Assembly: GCF_009914755.1 (NCBI RefSeq)
Contig: NC_060926.1
DNA length: 64,000 nt
Strand: one strand, 5' to 3'
Source: the human T2T-CHM13v2.0 reference genome, Homo sapiens
In this document: one piece after another, positions 23,029-35,545 of the stretch
How positions within the stretch are numbered: position 1 is the stretch's first letter
Layout of the letters: each line of letters begins with the position of its first letter
Made by a program: the position numbers and the translations under genes
Notes under the pieces: generated by a model
What the model was told of the DNA's origin: nothing
The model's database searches: none
Seen by the model: only the letters and a program-made list of their open reading frames with translations

Positions 23029-26000
23029 TCTAAGACATTCATTTTATTTTAGCTCTAGCAAAATTCACTAAGACGTGAAAAAACTTCCCATGTTACTGAG
23101 CTGAGCTAGTTATCATAATTCATTGTAAACGTAAATGGTGTTAAAAGCTAAAATGTAAGCTAATTTCATTCATAGAGAATTGAAATACTTCTGTTACCTT
23201 AGCAAGAAAAGTGATACGAAGAATCCTAAAAATCAAAGGTTCTTCCCCCTTGTCATTTGGTAGTTTTTGTTTGTATAATGGTATTTAGTTTGTTTTTATA
23301 TATTCACCAATTATGTAGGAAAAGCAGCTTCGGTGAGCATGAGTGGTCTGGTAATGTTCTGTGGCTTGCTAGATCCAATTGGCTAGATCACAGTATATAG
23401 GATTTGTTTACTTAGATATAAATGGCAAGTGAATGGGCTTAAATGGTTTTATTTCATGTAGACGGCAGTGCCTCTTATAAAATTTTATTTTGAAATGTGC
23501 CAGTCTTCTGATAGAGGGTATTTATTTAAATTAAATAATTTTTTGAAATAGGGTTTTCTGAAACAAAAGAAGCCCACTCATCACATTCCCCAGAGGTAAG
23601 AAAGATAATGTTTAAAAAATGTAATTTAAATTGGCCAAAAACATAATAAAAATATTCTTTCTAGGAAAATGATATTCTATTTATCTTTATAAATTTAGAA
23701 TCTAACGAATATGGCATGTATAAAGGCTGATACACGATTACTATATACACATAGTGTATGCGTGTGTGTGTATATATATATATATAACATGCATATAAAA
23801 TCAGATTATTCTGTGTGTATTGTTCATTTTTATACATTCAGTCTACATATCACCTAACTCCCTTTTATAGAAAGCAGATTAGTGTTATTTACTGAAGAAT
23901 TGTTAAATTACCTTCTTCTAGTTTGCTGATTACTTAGCTCCTCCTTAAATAGGGGTATAGACCTCAAATTATAAGAGCTGCACAAGAAAGTGTAGTTTAA
24001 CTATTCATATGACTTTGTGCAAGTCACTCAACCCCGGGACTTTTTCTTTAAGGATAAAATGTAGCAGTGTTACAGAGTGGGAAAGAAGTTCAAGTCAGAA
24101 TATCATAGGCATCTTGGCTTCCTAATGATATTAAAATGTCAATTAAAATATTATAAATGAAAATTATCACTTGAAAAGTAAGCATAAGCTAATGTATCTC
24201 AAAAAATTGTCTAAAATGACCTAAACAATTGCATGAGATACTAATTTTAGTGACTAAATTAGGGGCAGAATTATGTAACTATTTTTTAATTACATAGTCA
24301 ATGTTGACTGTTTATGAGCTATTGAATGATTACCATGGAATGCCAAGATAATTACTTAAGGCCTGATTCAGTCTCAAATATCTCTGCAGCTGTAGAGGCT
24401 GCTGAGTCCTGTGGATTTTCCTCTGGATTGCCAGCTGCACAGACTTTCCACCAGTTATGAAGCCATAAGCCTGATTCTACTCATACTCAGCCACCTACAA
24501 TCCCATACAGTGTTTGGTGCATAAGGGCACTTAAACGATTTCATGTCAAATCTTGGCTTCACAGAAGGAGACTGACAATACAATTCTTGAAACTCCTAGA
24601 AAAGAGTTATTTGGCACTCTCTCATTTGCCCCTGAAGTGCCCTCTCTTCTCAGTGTTGTACTTCTGTTTCATTGACTCATACGCAACCATCTGTGGAAAG
24701 GTTTGTGTTCTCTGGTGCCTTAGCCCTCTCTCTCTCAAGACTGTCTTTCCAGTGTAATTGTTCTGGGTGATTCTGTCCAGAAAATCCTGTCACTCATTAA
24801 AATTTATCTTCCACATAGAAATGATCAGATTAATTCAATCTTAGCAGTTTGTTAAATAACAAAATTGTGTAATGTTCAAGTAAAGAAAAATGTCGAGGAG
24901 GATGTTTTCCATTTCATCACTTTCCAAAAGTCCACTGAGGTATACGACTGGTGAATAGCACATGACTTAATAGAAAGTAATAGATAAATAAACAAACATT
25001 TTAAAAGGCCAATGAAAATTAGGTCAGAAGTAAAGTATTGATTGTGTTGCTCTCACTTTGATAAACTAAATAACCTAGAAACTCTGTAAAACACCTAGAA
25101 AGAAATATAGAATTTATACATTTACAATAATAGCTCATTTTTCAAGATAGCAGGAAAAATTTATAGGGTAAAAAAAATAATCTGTAAAAGAAAGTAAACT
25201 TGTGAGTCCGTCTGGGTGATGATGTCACTGTTAGGGACATTGCCTAAAAAAAAAAAAAAGAAAAGCTTTCTTTGAGAATTTGTACACAAGGGCTTTCCCT
25301 CTTCAGGCTTTGAACTCCAAATATATACAAAACGGTCCAGGGATGCCCATCAAGAGAAACAGCCTAAAGGTTAGTGGTGCGTTGGTAAACCTCTTGAGAT
25401 ATATTAAAGAAGCAAAAAAAAAAAAAAAAAAAAAAAATTATCTAAAGGGCTGAATCTTCAACACTGGCCACAAATGACTGTAGGTCAAGCCATGATTAGG
25501 AATCACAGGGGAAAACAGGCCAGTGTTGAATGATAGGCAGCAGAAAGACATCAATAGAATATGAAGCTTACACCTTTCAAATGCTCAGCTAGAAAAATAT
25601 TACAACAAATGCTTTACAGTATTAAAATGTGATTGTCTTAATAGTAACACTTAGAAACTAATAAACCAAGCAGATTTGCAAAACAATAAAATAAAATGTT
25701 GTAAGTGTATAGAAAAGAGCATTATCAAAATTTAATAGAGGGACTAATCAGTGAATTAAATAGCACTCAAAAGAAAATTAGGTAAATCAATATAACAGAT
25801 CTCAAAGAGTACCAAAAAATAATATATTACAAAAGAATAAAATTTCCATTATTACATTCACATTTGCAGTTATTAAAATATAATACCTTTTTCACAACAT
25901 CTATATGTAATATAGTTTGCAGATAAAATATTAAACAAAATGTGCAAGTATGATTATTCCAAGTTTATAAGTTTCAAAGTTGAGCACTGTATCAACCTAA

Positions 26001-27046
26001 TTTGTTAAATGAAGAAATTTAAGGTGGAGCCAAGATGGCCGAATAGGAACATCTCCAGTCTACAGCTCCCAGAATGAGCAACACAGAAGATGGGTGATTT
26101 CTGCATTTCCAACTGAGGTACCAGGTTCATCTCACTGGAGAGTGTCAGACAGTGGGTACAGGACAGTGGGTGTAGCGCACTGAGGATGAGCCGAAGCAGG
26201 GCGAGGCATCGCCTCACCCAGGAAGCGCAAGGGGTCAGGGAATTCTCTTTCCTAGTCAAAGAAAGGGGTGACAGACGGCACCTGGAAAATCGGGTCACTC
26301 CCACCCTAATACTGCACTTTTCCAACAGCCTTAGCAAACGGCACACCAGGAGATTATATCCTGCACCTGGCTCAGAGGGTCCTACACCCACGGAGCCTAG
26401 CTAATTGCTAGCACAGCAGTCTGAGATCAAACTGCAAAGCAGCAGGGAGGCTGGGGGAGGGGTGCCCACCATTGCTGAGGCTTGAGTAGGTAAACAAAGC
26501 AGCCAGGAAGCTCGAACTGGGTGGAGCCCACCGTAGCTCAAGGAGACCTGCCTGCCTCTGTAGACTCCACCTCTGGGGGCAAGGCATAGCCAAACAAAAG
26601 GCAGCAGAAACCTCTGCAGACTTAAATGTCCCGTCTGACAACTTTGAAAACAGTAGTGGTTCTCCCAGCACGCAGCTTGAGATCTGAGAACAGACAGACT
26701 GCCTCCTCAAGTGGGTCCCTGACCCCTGAGTAGCCTAACTGGGAGGCACCCCCCAGTAGGGGCAGTCTGACACTTCACACGGCTGGGTACTCCTCTGAGA
26801 CAAAACTTCCAGAGGAACAACCAGGCAGCAACATTTGCTATTCAGCAATATCTGCTGTTCTGCAGCCTCCACTGCTGATACCCAGGCAAACAGGGTCGGG
26901 AGTGGACCTCCAGCCAGCTCCAACAGACCTGCAGCTGAGGGTCCTGACTGTTAGAAGGAAAACTAACAAACAGAAAGGACACCCACACCAAAACCCCATC
27001 TGTACGTCACCATCATCAAAGACCAAAGGTAGATAAAACCACAAAG

Positions 27047-28060
27047 ATGGGGAAAAAACAGAGCAGAAAAACTGGAAACTCTAAAAATCAGACCGCCTCT
27101 CCTCCTCCAAAGGAATGCAGATCCTCACCAGCAATGGAACAAAGCTGGACAGAGAATGACTTTGACGAGTTGAGAGACGAAGGCTTCAGACGATCAAACT
27201 ACTCTGAGCTAAAGGAAGTGCAAACCCACGGCAAAGAAGTTAAAAACCTTCAAAAAAAATTACACAAATGGCTAACTAGAATAACCAATGCAGAGAAGTC
27301 CTTAAAGGACCTGATGGAGCTGAAAACCATGGCACGAGAACTACGTCATGAATGCACAAGCCTCAGTAGCTGATTCCATCAACTGGAAGAAAGGGTATCA
27401 GTGATGGAAGATGAAATGAATGAAATGAAGCAAGAAGAGAAGTTTAGAGAAAAAAGAATAAAAAGAAATGAACAAAGCCTCCAAGAAATATGGGACTATG
27501 TGAAAAGAGCAAATCTACGTCTGATTGGTGTACCTGAAATTGATGGGGAGAATGGAACCAAGTTGGAAAACACTCTTCAGGATATTATCCAAGAGAACTT
27601 CCCCAATCGAGCAAGGCAGGCCAACATTCAAATTCAGGAAATACAGAGAATGCCACAAAGATACTCCTCGAGAACAGCAACTCCAAGACACAACATTGTC
27701 AGATTCACCAAAGTTGAAATGAAGGAAAAAATGTTAAGGGCAGCCAGAGAGAAAGGTCGGGTTACCCACAAAGGGAAGCCCATCAGACTAACAGCAGATC
27801 TCTCGGCAGAAACTCTACAAGCCAGAAGAGAGTGGAGGCCAATATTCAACATTCTTAAAGAAAAGAATTTTCAACCCAGAATTTCATATCCAGCCAAACT
27901 AAGCTTCACAAGTGAAGGAGAAATAAAATCCTTTACAGACAAGCAAATGCTGAGAGATTTTGTCACCACCAGGCGTGCCCTACAAGAGCTCCTGAAGGAA
28001 GCACTAAACATGGAAAGGAACAACCGGTACCAGCCACTGCAAAAACATGCCAAATTGTAA
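27047..28060 (+). pseudogene. L1 ORF1p with a single in-frame nonsense codon at 27371-27373
   Basis: MGKKQSRKTGNSKNQ...ERNNRYQPLQKHAKL. ORFs 27047..27373 and 27401..28060 are in the same frame; total span 1014 nt. Confidence 0.92.
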
Positions 28061-28123
28061 AGACCATTGATGCTAAGAAGAAACTGTATCAATTAATGAG
28101 CAAAATAACCAGCTAACATCATA

Positions 28124-29203
28124 ATGACAGGATCAAATTCACACATAACAATATTAACCTTAAATGTAAATGGGCTAAATGCTCCAATTAAAAGACACAG
28201 ACTGGCAAATTGGATAGAGAGTCAAGACCCATCAGTGTGCTGTATTCAGGAAACCCATCTCATGTGCAGAGATGCACATAGGCTCAAAATAAGGGGATGC
28301 AGGAAGATCTACCACGCAAATGGAAAGTAAAAAAAGGCAGGGGCTGCAATCCTAGTCTCTGATAAAACAGACTTTACACCACCAAAATCAAAAGAGACAA
28401 AGAAGGCCATTACATAATGGTAAAGGGATCAATTCAACAAGAAGAGCTAACTATCCTAAATATATATGCACCCAATACAGGAGCACCCAGGTTCATAAAG
28501 CAAGTCCTTAGAGACCTACAAAGAGATTTAGACTCCCACACAATAATAATGGGAGACTTTAACACCCCACTGTAAACATTAGACAAATCAACGAGACAGA
28601 AAGTTAACAAGGATATCCAGGAATTGAACTCAGCTCTGCACGAAGCAGACCTAATAGACATCTACAGGACTCTCCACCCCAAATCAACAGAATATACATT
28701 CTTTTCAGCACCACACCACACCTATTCCAAAACTGACCACATAGTTGGAAGTAAAGCACTCCTCAGCAAATGTAAAAGAACAGAAATTATAACAAACTGT
28801 CTCTCAGACCACAGTGCAATCAGACTAGAACTCAGGATTAAGAAACTCACTCAAAACTGCTCAACTACATGGAAACTGAACAACCTAGTCCTGAATGACT
28901 ACTGGGTACATAACGAAATGAAGGCAGAAATAAAGATTTTCTTTGAAACCAACGAGAACAAAGACACAACATACCAGAATCTGTGGGACACATTCAAAGC
29001 CGTGTGTAGAGGGAAATTTATAGCACTAAATGCCCACAAGAGAAAGCAGGAAAGATCTAAAATTGACACCCTACCGTCACAATTAAAAGAACTAGAGAAG
29101 CAAGAGCAAACACATTCAAAAGCTAGCAGAAGGCAAGAAAAAACTAAGATCAGTGCAGAACTGAAGGAAATAGAGACACAAAAAACCCTTAAAAAAATCA
29201 GTG
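28124..29203 (+). pseudogene. L1 ORF2p endonuclease domain, disrupted and truncated
   Basis: MTGSNSHITILTLNVNGLNAPIKRHRLANWI...CCIQETHL and SDHSAI motifs. Stops at 28328-28330 and near 28573. Confidence 0.92.
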
Positions 29204-30687
29204 ATTTTTGCATTAGTCCATTATGCAAAATGTTGACAATTCCAATGCTATTGCATATTGTGTCAAGTAAAAAACAAAACACAGCATCAATAAAATAAAA
29301 ATAAAATTAGAATCAACTACACTAGCAAGTGATAGCTTCTGCTTATTTTTTACCCTATTACCTCTTTCATGCCCTATTTCATTTAGCTTTCAGAGGGTAT
29401 TTGTTGGTTAGTTCACACACTGCACACATTAATAAAATGTGCATGGTGATCTTGTTCTTCTGAGCTTTTCAAGGGATTTGACTCTCAAAGTATTCAAGAC
29501 ATTTTTCTACCAGAAATTTTGCATTGTCGGTAGACAAATGTATTTACCAAGTGTTTGTGTGAGACTCAATTACATGGATATGATGTAACAAAATCCCATT
29601 ATAGAAGATAACCACAGTTAAAGTAATTTTAAAAGAATGTCAGATATCCTTCCTCCTGCCAAGTAAGTATTGTTTTCTTTTTAAATTACAGCTAACCTAA
29701 AGTTATATCAGATTTAAGACTGTGCAAAATCAAATGTTAGAATCAATCTATTCTCCACTGCTGAAATTATTTGCCTTAATTCAAAATGACATGCTATTTC
29801 TTCTAACACTGCACTTAATTTTTAGCACATTTCCCAATAGAACTTTTCTGCTCTATCTTATTGGTACCTGACAATTCTAGAATATGTTGCTGAACTTGAC
29901 CTTTGTATTCATTTACAGATTATAACATTTAGAAATCTCTGTTGACATAAATCAGATATTTGGAACATGACCAGACAAATGGTGTTCACTAGTGGTACAG
30001 TATTTTTAGGTCATCATAAAACTCCTTGGACCCAATAAATTAACTGCCCCTTAACTTCCTACCACCCATCCCCGGAACAAAATGTGGTTTTGTCATGCAG
30101 ATATTGTGCTTCAGCAGAGGGTTACCTCTGCCGTAAAAAGATCATTGCCTCACACCCATAGTAACTCTGGTTGTTCCTTTATTTGCTGGGACTAGAGATA
30201 TTATAAGTTATCTGGGCAGGCTAATTGATCCCTAGGAGGGGGGCATAGGAGAGCAGGTCTCACTCTTTGACTGGCTTATTTACCTAGTTCCTTAACTAGA
30301 TCATAAATTCCTAAATTTACCTGCTTCCTTAACTAGACCATAAATTCCTAAGGGTAAAGACCCTATTCCATTCACCTCTATACTAAATCAGCAGTATGCC
30401 TGACTTAGTATGTGAACTGATGAACGAAATAATTTATCTTTAGTATGATCTGAACTACTGCAGTGCCTTGGAAATAAAGACTATGGTTAAGGAAGAAACT
30501 ATGGTAATGTGTTTTATGCTAAAATCAATGTTAATCATTGCTTATTAAAAGTGCACAGACCCCTTAGTCCCATTTGGGTTTTAATGAGGTAAATGGTGCT
30601 GTTATTCTAATACGTATATTATATTTCTGGATGTCTGTGAATAGGAAAGGATCTATGGCTATAGCTAAATGAAGCAATACAAACTAG

Positions 30688-31119
30688 CAAAAGAAAAGAG
30701 AAAAGGAAGGAAGGAGGGAAGGAAGGAAGGGAGGGAGGGAGGGAGAGAGAGACAGAGACATAAAGAGAAAGAAAGAAAAAAGAGAGAAAGAAAGAAAGAG
30801 AAAGAACAAATGACAGGAGGGAGGCAGCGAGGGAGGAAGGGAGGGAAAGAAAGAGAGAGAGAGAGAAAGAAAGGGAGAAAAAGAGAGAACAAGAGAAAAG
30901 AAAAGAAGAGATGAGGAGGAAGAGGAGGGGAAGGAAGGAAGGAGAGAGACAGAAAGAAAGAGAAAGAAGAAAGAGAAAGAAAGAAAAAAGAAAGAGAAAG
31001 AAAGAAAAGAAAAGAAAGAGAAGAAAAGAAGAGGAGGAGGGCAAGGAAGGAAGGAGGGAAGGGGGGGAGGGAAGGAAAGAGGGAAGGCAAGGAAGGAGGG
31101 AGGGAAAAAAGAAAAAATA
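30688..31119 (+). repeat. Long polypurine (GA-rich) low-complexity tract
   Basis: About 430 bp of mixed GGAA/GAAA/GGGA/GA units with very few pyrimidines. Confidence 0.95.
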
Positions 31120-32989
31120 ATAATGGATTCATTTGATTTGCCAAAGGGCACATTAAGAACTAGTCTTTATATTTTGAGTTTACACTTTTTTATTTTGCTG
31201 ATCCCCTAACTAGGCTGGTTGAATACTGAGTACTTCTTTAGAGGGTTTATCAGTTTGGAACTCTGTATTAGCCACCTAACATTCAAGCTCTACCACTCTT
31301 TCACTTTTTACCTTTTCGCCTCAGCTTCTAATATTTGCAATAAATTAGTTGTTCTGATTGAGTTTGTCTGCAAATTCTAGTGCCTACCACCTAGAGCATT
31401 AAGGTAAAGAGAAAGACAATAGGTGAACATGTGGGGCTTCATGGACTCTCTAAAATTATATATATATAATATTTTACCCTGGAAAGCATGGCCATAGCTC
31501 TTTATTATCCTTGCAATGGAATCTGTGACTGCTCCCAAACAATTTAGAATCATTTTTACCTTATTGTCTGTACTATCACTATTATGTGCTCTCAAAGTAC
31601 CCACTTTTTTCCTTTTTAAAAATCACCACATGACCAAATTCTAGGCTCTAATCCAATCTTGTGTCTATAAAAATTTATCCACAGCTGTATTAATAATCTC
31701 TGAACACCTAAACACTTGATATTTACCCATAAGATCTTGTATTGTTCGTAAATTTTTGTGTAGACATCTCTCCAATTAGGTATCAGGTTTTGTGTTTATT
31801 TTTTAAAAACTCTTTCGAAGTTTTATAGTAATTTTTTACTGTCATAGCACACTATTAATTTATACTAATTATTAGATGTATAGAAACAAGCACTTAAACC
31901 TATAAAAATTGATTGGGTTCATAGAAGAAAGAGTTGTACAATCTATAAAGAAAATATCTGGGAACAGATATTTACAAATATTTATGCGAGAACAAAACAG
32001 CCAAAAAATACATGCATATTTGAACTAGAAGAGCTTGAGGATTTCACTATTTCATTCAAGGTTTAGAAACAGAGTCAAAAGTGAACATATTCTTACTTTC
32101 ATAATTTTAGCAAGGCTTTTTGGTTCAAAAATTTTTAATAATTACTTTAACAGTGTTTCTTTGGAACATTTCCATTATAACCCACTGAGAATGTGTGCAG
32201 CTTCATATCAGCTGGAGGTAAACCCTCATAGTGAACTGTGAAAACCACAAGTTATGTATGTATAGTGTGTAGGCGGCTAGGGGAAGAGAAAATATAATGG
32301 TATGTGAAGGAAAATAATAAATATATTATAAATCAAAACTCTTAATTTATTATGGCTTTATGCTAATCCTTTACTTTATGGTCTTGATTTAGTAAGAAGA
32401 CAGGCGGGCAGGCAGGAAGTAAGGAAAGAATGAAGGAAGGAGAGAAGGAACCAAGGAACCAAGTAATGAAGGAAGTCTATGTACAATACAGACATTGTTG
32501 CAGGTAAAAAACAATGTGCTTATCATAATTTCTCCTGCTTACTTTTAAAAACAAGTGTTCATTTATTGATTAGTCAAGAGCTCTTCCATGCAAAGTCCAT
32601 AGGTGAAAACCGAACAAATGTTGGTACATCAGTTTCCTCCAGTTGACACAGCCCACAGAAGTGGAAATGTAATTAATTAGACGTCCTTGACAGTTTTGCA
32701 CCCAAAGTGATTCTGTAAACTAGTATTTTCAGATTGATTGTCTGCACTGATGGACTTAACTGAATATCTCACCACTTTCTCACCAAAGTGGAAAATGAAT
32801 TTGCACAACCAATGTAGTCAAGGCTGCATGAAGGAGTTATCATTTGCCTAAAATTAATATCTGATGTGTATTTATTTAAGGAATGTGACTATCAAATCCT
32901 GTAACACATATCTCAGGGTCATTAAGTGTCATAGCATGAATATAAAAAGCCCGTAAATTTCTATTTCATTAAGCACATGTGAAAATTAT

Positions 32990-34760
32990 TTGAATTTTTA
33001 TTTCAAAACTGTCACAAACATAGAGAAATTGTGCATGAAAAGTACAAATAATATTTTTTCTCAACCATTTGAGCCTAAGTTGCTAACATGATGTTCCACC
33101 ATCCTTAAATACCTAAGGATGTGTTTTCTGTAAACATGGACATCCTTCTATATAGCCATCAAAATGAGAAAATTAACGTTGACACATTATCACCATCTAC
33201 TCAGCAGCCACTAGTCAATTGTTCTAATAATGTTCTTTAAGGAAAAAACAACCAACCCAAGATCATGTATTGCATTTAGTTGCCAGATATTTTTAGTCTT
33301 CTTCAATTTTTCCATGACTTTCATTACCTTAATAGTTTTGAAAATTACAGGAAAATTCTTTGTTAGAATGCCTCAATTTGACTTTCTTCTATCTTCATGA
33401 AGAGATTCCAAAATTGATATGTTCTAATTTTATCCATTTAGCAGACAATTTCATTTTTTTCTATTATTGATAAAGTTAATTTTGATCACTTGGGTCAGGT
33501 AGGATCTGTACATTTCTCCACTGTGAAGTTATTCTTTTCTTCCACCTTTTAAATAATAAGTAACTTAAAAGACTACTCTGTAACAGTTTGTAAATGTTTT
33601 ATTGTGTTTTTGAAAATGTATTTATTGATTTATTTATGTCAATATGGGGTCATAGATTACTATTATACTCAGTGATTTATAATCTGTTGTTATCATTATT
33701 TATTTTGATGCTCAAATCATTTAAGATTTGGCTGCTGGTAGTTTCTTTAAGTTAGATTCTGTATCCTTTAGATATGTTGCCATCATTGTTTAGGTGTTTC
33801 CTTGCTTTCTAACACAAAAATATACTCCTGGCTCATCTTACAGTTTCTTTGCTTCACCCCCCACAAATAAGCATTACTCCCTGAAACTGTGGTTCTTTTT
33901 AGAGTGGCATTTGGAGTCTAAGGTCTGGGTGCTAGGTGTGCTGATGCTCCTAGGCCCAGAAAACAAAGCTAGTGAATATAGTGGCATGTGTGTGTGTGTA
34001 TACACACATTATTATACACATGCATTTAGACATGTTTATGTGCGCATATATTTACACACATTTACAACTATATACACATTTATACAAATATGTATATATA
34101 CACGTTTATATAAACGTGTATATATACACGTTTATACAAATATGTATATATACACGTTTATATAAACGTGTATATATACACATTTATACAACTGTGTATA
34201 TATACACATTTACTTCTATATTATAGACACATAGATAGATAGATAATTCTTCTTTTACACTGACATCAGCATACCAAATCCAACATCACAGGTTAATTCT
34301 AGTTTTATACCTTTCCATATCTGCAACTTTCTTTCTTTGACAGTGAGAAGTTAAGAGTCCATTAGCCTCAACTTTTTTACCTGTTTGAGCTCTACTCTCC
34401 TATGTGTAACCCGTCATCTTTTGCTACCTGTGTTCTACCCAACCTCCTACCCACTATGGAGATTCCCTTTTCACCCCACTCTGAATCCAGCACCCATCCC
34501 GAGTCCCCACTGCCACTTCCCTCTCACATGGGTGCTCTTCTCACTCTACCTGGGCACCAAAAACCTGCACTAGGCTGCTGCCATTGCCACCAAAAGTGTG
34601 GCCCTCCTCACTTTGCTCTGTCTGCCTACCTAAGCTAGCACTCTCTTTACCCTGCTCAAGCTCCAGTGCTGCAGGCTGGAGCACTAACACTGCTGCCTCC
34701 ATTCTGCTTGGCTGTGGGGGTCCTCCGCCTCCCACATGCATACCTACTTCACTCAGTCCA
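32990..34760 (-). mobile_element. Ancient L1MC-type 3' end
   Basis: AACCATTTGAGCCTAAGTTGCTAACATG, CATTTAGTTGCCAG, AAGGTCTGGGTGCTAGGTGTGCT and TTGACAGTGAGAAG are antisense L1MC 3'-end motifs. Boundaries approximate. Confidence 0.65.
34069..34212. repeat. 26-bp palindromic AT-rich minisatellite (52-bp higher-order unit)
   Basis: Alternating TATATACACRTTTATACAAATATGTA / TATATACACGTTTATATAAACGTGTA units. Confidence 0.9.
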
Positions 34761-35309
34761 CCTAGTGGCTTGTAGCGTGATTTGTTCAGGAAGGAAAATG
34801 AAGGAAAGACAAAAGAAAGCAAGAAAAAAAGAAAGAAAAAAAAGAGAGAGACAGAAAATAGAAGATATAGAGGGGAGGAGGAAGAAGAGAAAATAAAATG
34901 ACAATAGATTTTTGAAAGCATACCACCAATGCATGCTTAAAAGCAAAACAAAACAAAATAAATATGCCTGGCAAGGGCTCTCACTGCTTTACAATTCCTA
35001 AAATCTCACACATTGTTGGAGTTAGAGTTTTCTATTACATTCAGTAGCAGGGCCAGTGAACATTTGTAAATAGATTTAGAGGATCAAGAACCACCCAGAA
35101 AGAGTACACACAAAGGTTTTCAACAGGATGTTCATCTCTAGGTTCTGCTTTGGTTCAATTCAAGAAGCACTAAATAATCATTTATAACATGAGACCAGAC
35201 TTCAGTAGCATGTATTAAAAATAATTTGTGGGAAAAAAGTTGTAGATAGAAACAGAGATATTACCAGAGTTATCAATGAATCAGACTTGGAATTTAAGGC
35301 AGGTTGGAA

Positions 35310-35545
35310 CAGTATGGTAGATAAGAATATGGACTCTGCAGCCAAATGCCTTGGTTTAAATCTTGGTTCAGATACTGACTGTATGATCATGAGTAAATTA
35401 ATAAGAATATCTATTTCAATTTTCTTCCCTATAAAATGGGTATAATAACAGTAACTACCTCATGAGGTTGTTGTGAGGATTAAATGAAATAAATTTTCTA
35501 AATGATGGAAGAGATACATTATTGACTATGTAAGTGCTTACAGTT
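35310..35545 (+). mobile_element. MIR SINE
   Basis: GGACTCTGCAGCCAAATGCCTTGGTTTAAATCTTGG...CTATAAAATGGGTATAATAACAGTAACTACCTCATGAGGTTGTTGTGAGGATTAAATGA. Confidence 0.85.

Larger units (their letters stand above)
26020..29203 (+). mobile_element. L1PA (about L1PA4-6): complete 5'UTR, ORF1 and ORF2 N-terminus; 3'-truncated
   Basis: Starts GGAGCCAAGATGGCCGAATAGGAAC (YY1 site). Similarity stops at ACCCTTAAAAAAATCA. No RT domain, 3'UTR or TSD is visible. Confidence 0.95.

Noticed and set aside
23285-23601. Possible + strand splice sites (TAG|GAAAAGCAGCTTCG|GTGAGC; GAG|GTAAGA)
   Set aside because: Poor pyrimidine tract, a 14-nt exon is not frame-preserving, and there is no supporting ORF.
26005-27044. 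Antisense and sense ORFs in the L1 5'UTR (also 15642-16192)
   Set aside because: Generic L1 5'UTR frames. I cannot verify an intact ORF0 from memory, so none is called.
30619-31153. Long overlapping F/L/S-rich and K/R/E-rich ORFs (up to 162 aa)
   Set aside because: Artefacts of a stop-poor polypurine tract, open in multiple frames on both strands.
33794-34226. ORFs with repeated YTFIQICIYTRLYKRVYIH, and a superficially CRISPR-like array
   Set aside because: Translation of the palindromic minisatellite. There are no unique spacers or cas genes, and the context is primate DNA.
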